A stretch of DNA of 64,000 bases, taken from the NCBI RefSeq assembly GCF_006345805.1, contig NC_043006.1:4588001-4652000 (forward strand). Reading direction: 5' to 3'. Source of the DNA: Octopus sinensis. Taxonomy: Eukaryota. The position numbers were made by a program, and so were the translations under genes. The first letter of the stretch is position 1, and each line of letters starts with the position of its first letter. The notes beneath the pieces were generated by a model, which was not told the DNA's origin, did no database searches, and saw nothing but the letters and a program-made list of their open reading frames with translations. Positions 50,665 to 62,245 of this stretch are shown piece after piece.

Positions 50665-50836
50665 TGTTGTGTCTGGGGAGAGTCATTTTCTTTTTGTGCC
50701 TTATAATTCAACACACTCACCAGTAAAATTTCTACTTTTTTCTTATTTTTATTTTCCTAAAATAAGTTGAAATCTTACCGGTGAGTGTGTTACATTATAA
50801 GGCACAAAAAGAAAATGACTCTCCCTAAACACAACA
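50665..50836. repeat. Fold-back (palindromic) element
   Basis: TGTTGTGTCTGGGGAGAGTCATTTTCTTTTTGTGCCTTATAAT... and its reverse complement ending at 50836. Confidence 0.8.
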
Positions 50837-52112
50837 TTAATGAAGCGTTTCTCACAAATTCAGAACAACCAAATAGATTGGTAGAAAAACAAAGTTTCAC
50901 TCTGATGATATTTAAGAAAAAAGACTGAGAGAGAAAGAGAGAGAGAGAGATACATGCACACACATGCATATCCATCCATCCATCCACACACACACACACA
51001 CCACACACACACACACACATACATACAACAAGCTTCTTTCTGTATCCGTCTACCATATCCATTCACAAGACTTTGGTTATCTTTGGGATACAGTAGAAAA
51101 TTCTTGGCCAAGGTGCCAAGCAATAGGACTGAACCTGCAACCATGTTCCTTTATGAAGTTTTAGTCAACTCGTGTTGATTATGTTTATGAAGATCATTGG
51201 CATAACACTGGAAAATGTTCCACAAACTCAGCATAATATGTCTAGAATATTCTTTCTGCACACATGATATCTTTTCCTGGAAAGATGAAAGGCTGTCATC
51301 AAAATTTTTTAATTTTTGCCAGTACCGCCTGACTGGCCCTTGTGCCGATGGCACGTAAAAGCACCCACTACACTCTCAGAGTGGTTGGCATTAGGAAGGG
51401 CATCCAGCTGTAGAAACTCTGCCACATCAGATTGGGGCCTGGTGCAGCCACCTGGCTCACCAGCCCTCAGTCAAATCGTCCAACCCATGCTAGCATGGAA
51501 GGCAGACGTTAAACGATGATTAACTTGTCTGGGTTAAGCAGCTATTTGAAAATATAAAAATAGACTGAAGCTAATGATTTTACTGGATCGATTGGAAGAT
51601 TTAATTAGAGATGAAGGTTCAAGTATTGAGATTGTTAGGGAGAGGGAATTATTTAGTTTTGCCATCATCTAAATTACTGCTGTACTTTCTGGTATACAAG
51701 TTGAATTTTTCTGACAAGAATTCACAGTCAGAAAAAGGTATGTTGATTTATACGCCAAGATAACTTTGGAGGCGGTGAGCTGGCAGAAACATTAGCATGC
51801 CAGGTGAAATGCTTAGCGGTATTTTGTCTGCCGCTATGTTCTGAGTTCAAATTCCACCGAGGTCGACTTTGGCATTCATCCTTTCGGGGTCGATAAATTA
51901 AATACCAGTTACGCACTGGGGTCGATATAATCGACTTAATCCCTTTGTCTGTCCTTGTTTGTTCCCTCTGTTTAGCCCCTTGTGGGCAGTAAAGAAATAA
52001 GATGACTTTGGAGGACCAAATTTCTATGTGAACTGTAGAAGGATTTGGAGAGTGAGCGTGACAATGTTTGAATGTTTACATTACATGTTTACACAATATA
52101 CTATGTTGGTTT

Positions 52113-52413
52113 TACGGAGATGTACTTGCATAGCAAGTGACCTGATCTGAGATCGTGTGCTGGAACGAAAACAATTGCAGCGTGGAAGGTGTTTATAAGC
52201 CATTTAAGAAACACACAAAAACCGTTAGATTCACTTCAATATTTAAATTCAATTTGCCAAAATATTTTCATCGCTTTGAGACCACAACCTGTTCACTGAC
52301 AAAACTCCGTGCTGCATCTCAGAGTTTTGTCAGTGAACAGGTCGCGGTCTCAAAGCGACGAAAATATTTTGGCAAATTGAATTTAAATGTTGAAGTGAAT
52401 CTAACGGTTTTTG
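52113..52413. mobile_element. Asymmetric fold-back element with variant hammerhead-like motifs in both arms
   Basis: 11-bp TSD TATGTTGGTTT at 52102-52112 and 52414-52424; arms meet at loop 52308-52321; about 100-bp unpaired left extension. Confidence 0.8.
52326..52376 (+). ncRNA. Minimal type I hammerhead-like motif with G3:C8 core
   Basis: TTTGTCA-GTGAACA-G-GTCGC(GGTCTCAAA)GCGAC-GAAA-ATAT-TT-TGGCAAA: 7-bp stem I, 5-bp stem II, palindromic stem III. Confidence 0.6.
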
Positions 52414-52533
52414 TATGTTGGTTTGTATGCTAGAAAATATGGCCTGTTAAATAAAATACCAGTTACATACCATTTCCTTTCTGCTCAGCGTTGGATATCA
52501 TTGGTACTTATTTTGCTTTGTTCTTGTTTTCAG

Positions 52534-52826
52534 ATTCTTGCTACTTCAGTCTTGATATTTGAGTCTATTCTTCATATTGTACTGATTGACACAGCTGAAG
52601 ATGGTCGCACTGTTTATGGCTATCAGCTCTTCACTTGTCTAGTGTACCTTTGTGGCTGGACTATAACAATGAAACTAGTATGCTTAGAAAGACACCGTGC
52701 CTTGCCCTCGATACCTACAAGAAGCCATGGACTTGTTTTGCTTGTCTTTTGGACATTAACATATGTACGAGAGAATATTGCTTTTGTATCTTGGTTTAGT
52801 CCAGAATGGTGGTGGCATTTAAGGGG
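52534..52826 (+). CDS. ABCB6: ABCB6 coding exon (TMD0)
   Basis: ILATSVLIFESILH...LERHRALPSIPTRSHGLVLLVFWTLTYVRENIAFVSWFSPEWWWHLRG, typical ABCB6 LLLFWT..ENLA.VSW.SP.WWW motif; tttcag acceptor, gtaagt donor. Confidence 0.93.
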
Positions 52827-53896
52827 GTAAGTATTAGACCCTATTTTTTCACATTCATAACAGCATTCATTTTTTCTGAAGTACTAGAAATAGGTTTTCA
52901 TGTTTCTTTTGATTTATGTTAGTTTTCCAATACTGCTATTCCTATAAAACTCCTATTAATGTAATTCATCATCATCATCATTGTTTAACGTCTGTTTTCC
53001 ATGCTGACATGTGTTGGACAGTTTGACAGGGGTCTGGCCAGCTGCAGAGAATTCCAGGTTCCAGTTGTCTGTTTTGGTATGGTTTCTATGGCTGGATGCC
53101 CTTCCTAATGCCAACCACTTTACAAAGTGTGCTGGATGCTTCTCATTTGCCACCAGCCCTGGTGCATCCATGTGGCACCAACACAAGTGTATTTTTACAT
53201 GGCACCAGCATCTGCAAGACAAAGACCTCTCAGCTGGGAGGGGGAGTCGGGGGAATGGGCATAAAAGACTTGCCTGTATGTATGGATGGCTGGGATTTTA
53301 CTTAGCCTGATCATCATCATCGTCATCATTATCATCGTTTAACGTCCACTTTCCATGCTAGCATGGGTTGGACGATTTCAACTGAGGGCTGGCAAACCAG
53401 ACGGCTGTACCAGGCTCCGCCGCTGCCAAACAAAACAAAATCCATTGTAATGGAAGTAGTTCCCAGTGGCAACTTTATCTGAGTTGTACAAGTTAAATAT
53501 GTTTATGCCAATAAGATCTTAAGATCTTCGAATGAATACAAAGGGTTTGTTTGTAAGTGTACATGTATTAAATATAGGTTTAATTAATGTCTGTTTCCCA
53601 TGCTAGCATGGGTTGGACAGTTCAACCAGGGTCTGGGAAGCCAGAAGGCTGCACCAGGCTCCAGTCTGATCTGGCAGTGTTTCTACAGCTGGATGCCCTT
53701 CCTAACGCTAACCACTCCATGAGTGTAGTGGGTGCTTTTTACGTGCCACCCGCACAGGGGCCAGAGGAGGCTGGCAAACGGCCACGATCGGTTGATGCTT
53801 TTTACGTGTCACTGACACAAAATTTCATTTTCTAAATTAAAAATTTAAGCTTCTATTTTTGTTACAATGTTATCTTAGTCTTGTGTTCTGTTTCAG

Positions 53897-54029
53897 TGAA
53901 TCTCAAAAGATTGAATTTTCATTATGGCTACTGCGTTATCTGTGCACAATGTCACTGTTTATCTTGGGTTTTTGTGCACCTGGTGTTCCTCGAGGCACTT
54001 ACCATTTACTTCTTCAAGATGAGGAACAG
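53897..54029 (+). CDS. ABCB6: ABCB6 coding exon (end of TMD0)
   Basis: ESQKIEFSLWLLRYLCTMSLFILGFCAPGVPRGTYHLLLQDEEQ; tttcag acceptor, gtaaat donor. Confidence 0.93.
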
Positions 54030-54743
54030 GTAAATATTAAAATTTCGATTAAAAATGTAAAAAAATGAAATTTTAAGTGTTCTTATATCAGAAGAAATAT
54101 AATAATACTTTATTTATTGATTTTATTTGTTAGGGTTAATTAGTTCATACAATTAATTTTTTTTTAAAATTTAAAACACTTGTTTGCATGTGGTGAAAAC
54201 TAATTATTTTCAAGCTTTACTTTGTACCATCATCATCATCTCTTTCTTTACTACCCACAAGGGGCTAAACACGGAGAGGACAAACAATGACAGAAAACAG
54301 ATTAAGTCGATTGTATCGACCCCAGTATGTAACTGGTACTTATTTAATCGACCCCCAAAAGGATGAAAGGCAAAGTCGACCTCGGCGGAATTTGAACTCA
54401 GAACGTAGCGCCCGGCGTGCTAACGATTCTGCCAGCTCGCCGCTCATCATCATCATCATCGTTTAACGTCCGCTTTCCATGCTAGCATGGGTTGGACCAA
54501 TGCATTCTTAGAATTGTACCTATTTTTTCTCGTCTTCCATTTCCATCAAATGACTTCATCACATGTATGAAGAACATCTAATTTTTCTCTTCCTTTTTTT
54601 GCTTGTTGTTCCTTGAAATTCCACATAACATTTGATAATTTCATTAATAAGCAATGGCGATGTATCTTAATTGGAAAACAAGTCTTGAGATCACATTAAT
54701 TTGTTTCAAATTATTCCATTCAATATCTAAGCAATGTTGTTTA

Positions 54744-54775
<32 letters not shown>

Positions 54776-55118
54776 CATATATATAATCATATATTGTTTG
54801 TTCCTTCTCGAGCCATGCCTGGCTCATAAGGGCCAGTTTCCCAGTTTCCTTGGCGTATAGGTTCCCCACCTGGACAGGACGCCGGTCCATCACAGGTGAG
54901 CTGCAAGATGCAGGAGGAAAGAGTGAGAGAAAGTTGTGGCAAAAAAGTCAGCAGAAGTTTGCCATTACCTTCTGCTGGAGCTGCGTGGAATTTGGGTGTT
55001 TCGCTCATAAACACACACATTGCCTGGTCTGAGATTCGAACTCATGATCCCTCGACTGCGAGTCCACTGCTCTAACCACTAGGCCATGTGCCTCCACACA
55101 CACACACACACACATATA

Positions 55119-55476
55119 TCTCTCTATATATAAACGGCAGTTTGTCTGTGTGTCTGTCAGGTTGTACCCTCACCCTGACCGCGGCTTTTAACCGATTCTG
55201 ATGAAACTTGACACACACATAGCCCAATGTCATAATTCAAAACTAACGCAGCGAAAATTTTGAAAAGTTCCCCCAGTTCTGAAAAAAATCGATAAATTCG
55301 ACATGGGATCGAGAATCAGAAACACAAACCACAGACTGTCTAGGGGACGCAACTCGACCTTTTTAACTAAAAAAAATTTACTATCATTTTTCTTCCATTT
55401 TTTGGCTATAACTCTCTAAAAATGCTTTATAGTTATTTCCCTTACAAACCCGAGCAAGACCGGGCGATACTGCTAG
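55119..55476 (+). mobile_element. Non-autonomous Helitron with a different 5' portion and the same 3' end as 2286/33500
   Basis: A|TCTCTCTATATATAAA...CCCGAGCAAGACCGGGCGATACTGCTAG|T. Confidence 0.82.
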
Positions 55477-55778
55477 TATGTAAATAAATGAAGATTTGAG
55501 GAGCGTTAGAGTTTCATGTTATTGATTATTCAAACAACTGAAAGCAGTGTGACAATATATAAGCAAAAATATTCATAAACAAATCAAAAGAGAATTAGTA
55601 AAATATACTGAAATTTATTAGAAAATACATTAGACGTTCATATGTTCAGTTGTAGGATTCAGAACGGATGAATATTTTTATCTGTTCATGTCTGAAAACA
55701 TGATGTTTTTCATGTTTTCAGTACCATGTGTATAAAATACACATAAGTAAAGGATTCTCTTTTATATGGATATATGTA

Positions 55779-56208
55779 GGCGCAGGAGTGGCTGTGTGGT
55801 AAGTAGCTTGCTAACCAACCACATGGTTCCAGGTTCAGTCCCACTGCGTGGCATCTTGGGCAAGTGTCTTCTGCTGTAGCCCTGGGCTGACCAATGCCTT
55901 GTGAGTGGATTTGGTAGACAGAAACTGAAAGAAGCCTGTCGTATATATGTATATATATGTATATATATATATATATGTATGTGTGTGTTTGTGTGTCTGT
56001 GTTTGTCCCCCTAGCATTGCTTGACAACCGATGCTGGTGTGTTTACGTCCCCGTCACTTAGCGGTTCGGCAAAAGAGACCGATAGAATAAGTACTGGGCT
56101 TACAAAGAATAAATCCCGGGGTCGATTTGCTCGACTAAAGGCGGTGCTCCAGCATGGCCGCAGTCAAATGATTGAAACAGGTAAAAGAGTAAAAGAGTAA
56201 AGAGAGAG
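55779..56208 (+). mobile_element. tRNA-derived SINE family A
   Basis: Full-length copy. Confidence 0.9.
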
Positions 56209-56564
56209 TATGTCTTCAGAAGAACCTTTTCAGGCAAAGAATGTCAGCTTATTAATGTTCATTCCTGTGGCCATTTTTTTTCTTTTGCGGAATAGGAAAG
56301 AGTTGTTCGTGAAATGTTGAGTTTGTGAATGTATACAATAGGGGTTATGCCACATAAGGTCTCAGGTAGGAAAGCTCCCATGTGGAGATAGATAAATTTT
56401 TAGATTGTAGGGCTAATATTTTCCAGATGATTCCAACATAATCCTTGTTTCCCATTTCTAGTAGGTGTTATGGGATTGAGTGTCTCCTTAGGATACCCCT
56501 TGTCCATTATAAAAAGTCTTCATTTCAGAAGACACAAATTTTCATGGTTTCTGTAAATACATAC

Positions 56565-57357
56565 TCTCTCTCTTTTACTTGTTTCAGTCATGTGACTGTG
56601 GCCATGCTCGAGCATCGCCTTTAGTTGAGTAAATCGACCCCAGGACTCATTCTTTGTAAGCCTAGTACTTATTCTATCGGTCTCTTTTGCCGAACCGCTA
56701 AGTTACGGGGGACATAAACACACCAGCATTGGTTGTCAAGCGATGTTGTGGGGGACAAACAGAGACACACATACATCATCATCATCATCATCATCGTTTA
56801 ACGTCCGTTCTCCATGCTAGCATGGGTTGGACGGTTCGACCGGGGATCTGGGAAGCCAGAAGGCTGCACCAGGCTCCAGTCTTATCTGGCAGTGTTTCTA
56901 CAGCTGGATGCCCTTCCTAACGCCAACCACTCTGTGAGTGTAGTGGGTGCTTTTTACGTGCCACCTGCACAGGTGCCAGGCGAGGCTGGCAACAGCCACG
57001 GTCGGATTGGTGTATTTTATGTGCCACCAGCACGGAAGCCAGTCGAGGCGGTGCTGGCATCGGCCACGAGTCGGATAGAGCTTTTTACGTACCACCAGAC
57101 CAGGGATCCTGGCTGGTTCAATTCGATTTCGATTTCGCTTGCCCCAACATGTCTTCATAAGCAAAGTGGGGTTGGCTTGGGTATACATATACATATATAT
57201 GATGGGCTTCTTTCAGTTTCCGTCTACCAAATCCACTCACAGGGCTTTGGTCGGCTTGAAGCTTTAGTAGAAGACACTTGCAAAAGGTGCCATGCAGTGG
57301 AACTGAACCTGGAACCATGTGGTTTGTAAGCAAGCTACTTACCACACAGCCACTCCT
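56565..57357 (-). mobile_element. SINE family A with nested RTE 3' fragment (about 56775-57180)
   Basis: SINE halves split at the microsatellite spacer by a (GAT)n-tailed fragment. Confidence 0.85.
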
Positions 57358-58761
57358 AAATGCAGATAAACCTGAAATAGAAAATAAAATAGTTAAGCAA
57401 TAAATGACGGTTGATGTGATAAAGAAAACAAGATGGAAAACAGGAATATAATTGATAATCAATCAATAGATATATTTATTACTTGACAATGATGCAAACA
57501 GACTATTAAAATCAATACTCAAAGGGACATATGTATCTGATGAGGCTGATGTTGTTGTTGATGTCGTGTGGCATCTTATAAATATGTTTAATGTTGTCCA
57601 CCAAATACAGATGATTTCACACTCTAAACAAGAGGGACCAAACAGTGTAATGCCAGGGTAACAAGAGAGATTTGTGGAGTTCTAAGAGGTTATCCTACAA
57701 AGTAGCCCAACAGAAATCATGCAATAATGCAACTCTGGCAAAATTAAAGTATCCTAGGCACCATTCGAGCGTGATCGTTACCAGCGTCGCCTTACTGGCA
57801 CCTGTGCCCGTGGTATGTGTAAAAAGATTTGAGCGAAGTCATTGCTAGTACTGCCTGACTGGCCCCCATGCTGGTGGCATGTAAAAGCACCCACTACACT
57901 ATCGGAGTGGTTGGCGTTAGGAAGGGCATCCAGCTGTAGAAACTCTGCCAGATCAGATCGGAGTCAGGTACGCCAGACCTCAGTCAAATCGTCCAACCCA
58001 TGCTAGCATGGAAAGCGGACGTTAAACGATGATGATGATGATGATGAAACAGAATGGCATGAAGTTTAATCATTAGCCTGATAGTTTCTAATTTTTAATC
58101 ACACTTTCTTTGTTTATATCAATCATATGAGAAATTTTTGATCACTCACTAGGTTAAATCAATTACCCAAAAGAAAGTGGTGCCACTTTTTAACAGCCTC
58201 AACTATGATATAAACCTCTTTTCCTTCCATGCAATGATATTCTTTGGCAGAATTTAGTGACCAAGAAAAGCATGCTCCTATCATTTTGCTAAAATTAACC
58301 CTGCTCTAATGGCAGCTTCAGAGTTGTCCGTTTCCATGGTAAACAATCCATCTCCATCTGTCGTAGCCTTAACAGACACTATAGCAGCTGTTTTTCTAAG
58401 CCATTGACTGCTTTTGCTGCAGCTTCCTGTCAGAGTAGAAACTGGACATTGATTAATGGGTTTTATTGTTTCTGAGATGTTAGGAAACCATCAGGAATAA
58501 TAAAGGAAGGAAATTATTATTTAATACAAGGATTTTGTATTAGTAGGGTTAGGGTGTTTAAGTGAGGTTAAAATATGTGAGGTCAGGATGTGTTGTGGTT
58601 AATTTGATAGCTTACAAAGCAAATAGAACCAGTGGAAAACTTACACTTGTCATTATTCAGTGCTTATGAGTAGCTTTTCAGAATTTAGGTAAACTTTATT
58701 ATCTCCCTCTTTGGTTTTTCCACTTTCACAATTCTAGAGTGTCTGCAATCTATTGGAAGTT

Positions 58762-59430
58762 ATCATCATCATCATCGTCATCATCATCGTCATCATCATC
58801 ATCATCATCATCGTCATCATCATCATCATCATGGCATCCATTTTTCCATGCTCGCATGGTTTGATAGAATTTGTTGTGGTAGATTTCTATGGGCAGATGC
58901 TCTTCCTGTCTCCAACACACATCTATTTCCAAATGCGGTAATATTTCCCCATGACCAGACATGTCCTGGAAGATTGGAAACAAAGGACTGTGCTTGCATG
59001 ATGGTGACCCTCACAGTTATCGCATGAAGTCTAAGCAAGAGGACAGAGAGAGAGAGAGAGAAAGAGAGGGGGGGGAGATGTTTTGTTGACAACAGAGGTG
59101 ACAGTTCTCTGATCTTTCTCCATCCTATTCTTATTCTAGCAGCTGCTCTTTCAGAACATCTTCCTCCACTGCTAATTAAGTCACTTAGGTAATAGAAACT
59201 ATCTTCTACCTCTAGGGCATTTGAGAGAATCAATTACTTGTGTATCCTTGGTTTTTATGACACTTGTGCATCTTCCATATACAAACACTACTTTCTCCAT
59301 TAACTTACCTGTAATTTCACTGCACCTGTGTGTCCATAGCTTGCACTGGGTACACCATATGGAATTCTTGCCTACACCTTTCCTGCATATTGAGAAGGGT
59401 CATTTACCAGATGGAAGATGAGTCCTACCT
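58762..59430 (-). mobile_element. Decayed RTE-type LINE fragment with long (GAT)n tail
   Basis: LEVEDSFYYLSDLISSGGRCSERAAARIRIGWRKIREL plus upstream Cys-rich SICRKGVGKNSIWCTQCKLWTHRC. Confidence 0.8.
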
Positions 59431-59662
59431 AACTTAGGACTAAACAACAACTCAAAGTTGTTGTTATTGAAGAATAAAATTAATCTAAAACTGCGGTTGT
59501 AATTGTGCTTGACCCCATTAAGTGAAGTTTGGGTTATGTTTATTTCCCGTGATTAGTCAGGACCCACGCAGCCATCTGGTTCACCGGTCCTCAGTCATTC
59601 GTCCAACCCATGCTAGCATGGAAAGTGGATGTTAAACAACGACGATAGTCTGAAGAACCATA

Positions 59663-60061
59663 TCTTTATATATAAAAGTGAGGTTGTGTGCTGTCTGTCT
59701 CCTACGATTTAGATTCCTAACTACTCCCACATTTTGCGGTGCAGTTTAACCAAAACCGGGTATCTTATAGTTGTGATTCATATCGAGCCCTTCTGGGTAT
59801 TAGCGCGCGTCTACGATGAGTCTACGATTTAAAAAATAATTTACCATCATTTTTTTCCATTTTAATGCATTTTTTCGCTATTATATAAGGGAAGTAACTC
59901 TCTAAAAATGTCTACGATGAGTCAACGATTTAAAAAAAAATTTACCATAATTTTTTTTCCATTTTTAATGCATTTTTTGCTAATTTTTGGCTATAACTCT
60001 CTAAAAATGCTTTATAGTTATTTCCCTTATAAACCCGATGAATGCCGGGCGATACTACTTG
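59663..60061 (+). mobile_element. Non-autonomous Helitron
   Basis: Reverse complement of 33500-33895; 3' end degenerate (CTTG). Confidence 0.82.
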
Positions 60062-61683
60062 TATTACCTAAATTAAAATTGGTGAAAGAGGAAGTTCGAT
60101 GAAATAGGGAGGCACTAATGGTTGTTTTTGATATGACCATTATTACAAGTACTTGTTCAACATAGCATCTACTTTCAAAAAATCAAGTCAAAGAGAAATG
60201 GGGAAAATTTGGAAGTTCTAAACATGAAGCAAATAGAAAAGATTAAAATATTAAAAATTAATTAACGATAGAGGATACCTTTATTCTTTCCATGAGTGTA
60301 TATAACTGAATTCCTTTGTCACTTAAATATTTTGTGAACTAAGTGTTTAAGTATTGATACATGGCTAAGTAGGATGTGACCTGGATTTTCTTGAACCAGA
60401 TATCGTGAATCAGTGAAAGATATTGAAAAATGAAATCATGAATTGCAATAAAAATGTCAGGTTTTGAACAAATTTAAAAATAGGACCACACCTTCATTGT
60501 ATGAGTTGACATATTAATTGTTTCGTTTTGAAATGTGGCTTATGTTAAAGCACTAAATGTAATATATAGCGATATAGTCCATACATTACAATGTAATACA
60601 TGCAAATTTTCTATGTATGTAATATACAGAGATAGTCTGTATATTACATTTAGTGAGGTCTGGAGCAGAGTTCCTTTATGTATTAAATCTAATATAGTTT
60701 AGAGCAGAGATCCTGAAAAATAATAAATGTAATAAAAGGATGATTAGGGTGGTGAGTTGATAGACATGTTAACAAGCTGTCTATAATGCTATTATTTAGT
60801 TTCAAAATTCTGCTTTGCGAGTTCAAATCCTGCTGTAGTTAATTTTCATTTATATTTCTCATGGGTTGAAAAAAATAACATCTAATAATATATATTTCTT
60901 TACTACCCACATGGGGCTAAACACAGAGGGGACAAACAAGGACAGACAAACGGATTAAGTCGATTACATCGACCCCAGTGCATAACTGGTACTTAATTTA
61001 TCAACCCCGAGAGGATGAAAGGCAAAGTCGACCTCGGCGGAATTTGAACTCAGAACGTAACGGCAGACGAAATACGGCTACACATTTAGCCCGGCGTGCT
61101 AACGGTTCTGCCAGCTCACCACCATCTAATAATATATTGAGGTGATTTATAGACTACGTGCTCTCTTTATAAATATCATTAAATTATTTTTAGTTGCTGC
61201 TATTCATACTGTGGTTAGGAAATATTTTCCAGCATGGTTACATGGTTAAGAACTTTACTTTTCAGCCACATGGGTTTTGAGTTCAAACACTTTGGTCAAG
61301 TGTCTTCTACTATAGCCCCAGGCCGACCAAAGCTTTTGTGAGTGGATTTGAGAGATGGTAAAAGAAAAAATGTCCATATGTCTGTGTGTGTGTATGTGTG
61401 CATATGTATGTGTGGCTTTGCATGCATGCTTGTGTGCATGTATGTGTGTGCTTGTTTGTTTGTTTTCGCACCACATGATAGTTATAATGAAGTATTACTG
61501 TCACACATGCAGAGGAGTCCTTCAGTTCCATCCTTCCATGAAAACATGTCTGGCCATGGGAAAATATTCCCTTGCTTGGAAACAAGTGAAGTTTGCCAAC
61601 GGGAAGGGCACCTGCCCATAGAAAATCTGCCCCAACAACAAATTTCATCTAAAGCATTGTAAACGTGGAAGAGGGGACATTAA

Positions 61684-61903
61684 CCCTTTCATTACCAACC
61701 CGGCTGAAACCGGATCTGGCTCAGTGGTACAAATGTCTTGTTTTCATAAGTTTTGAATTAAAATCTTCCACCAAACCTTTGTCACAATTTATATTCCTAA
61801 TACTAGCTTAATGATAACAGTTATTTTACTAAATTCTTTGTTATACTTAAAATTAATTGAAAGAAACACTGAGCATCTCAACAGAAATACAGTAATGAAA
61901 GGG
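61684..61903. mobile_element. piggyBac-like MITE
   Basis: TTAA TSDs at 61680-61683 and 61904-61907; 12-bp TIR CCCTTTCATTAC / GTAATGAAAGGG. Confidence 0.88.
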
Positions 61904-62064
61904 TTAAAATGAGAATAATAATCATGTAAGAAATTAAACTCCCTGAGATAGACCAGAGAAAGATTTTTCAGAATATTGTTGATTGCAATTTGATATGAGA
62001 GAAACTTATAAATATCAAATATCAAAAAATTTAAGATTTAAACAATTTTATTATTTGGATACAG

Positions 62065-62245
62065 GGCCAAAATCAATCAGAAACTTCTACTTGGAAAAAC
62101 ATATCAAAGAAAATGAAGCTTATGTTTCCATTGGTGTGGCCGAAAGGTCAGTTGGTGTTGCAGTTGTTAGTTGTTTTATGCCTGGGATTACTTAGCCTTG
62201 GACGAGTAGTGAATATTTTTGTACCAATCTATTACAAAAACATTG
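62065..62245 (+). CDS. ABCB6: ABCB6 coding exon (start of core transmembrane domain); gene continues past the window
   Basis: GQNQSETSTWKNISKKMKLMFPLVWPKGQLVLQLLVVLCLGLLSLGRVVNIFVPIYYKNI; atacag acceptor, gtgagt donor; frame not listed in the ORF track. Confidence 0.93.

Noticed and set aside
58750-58983. Poly-Asp protein ORF
   Set aside because: Translation of a (GAT)n LINE tail.
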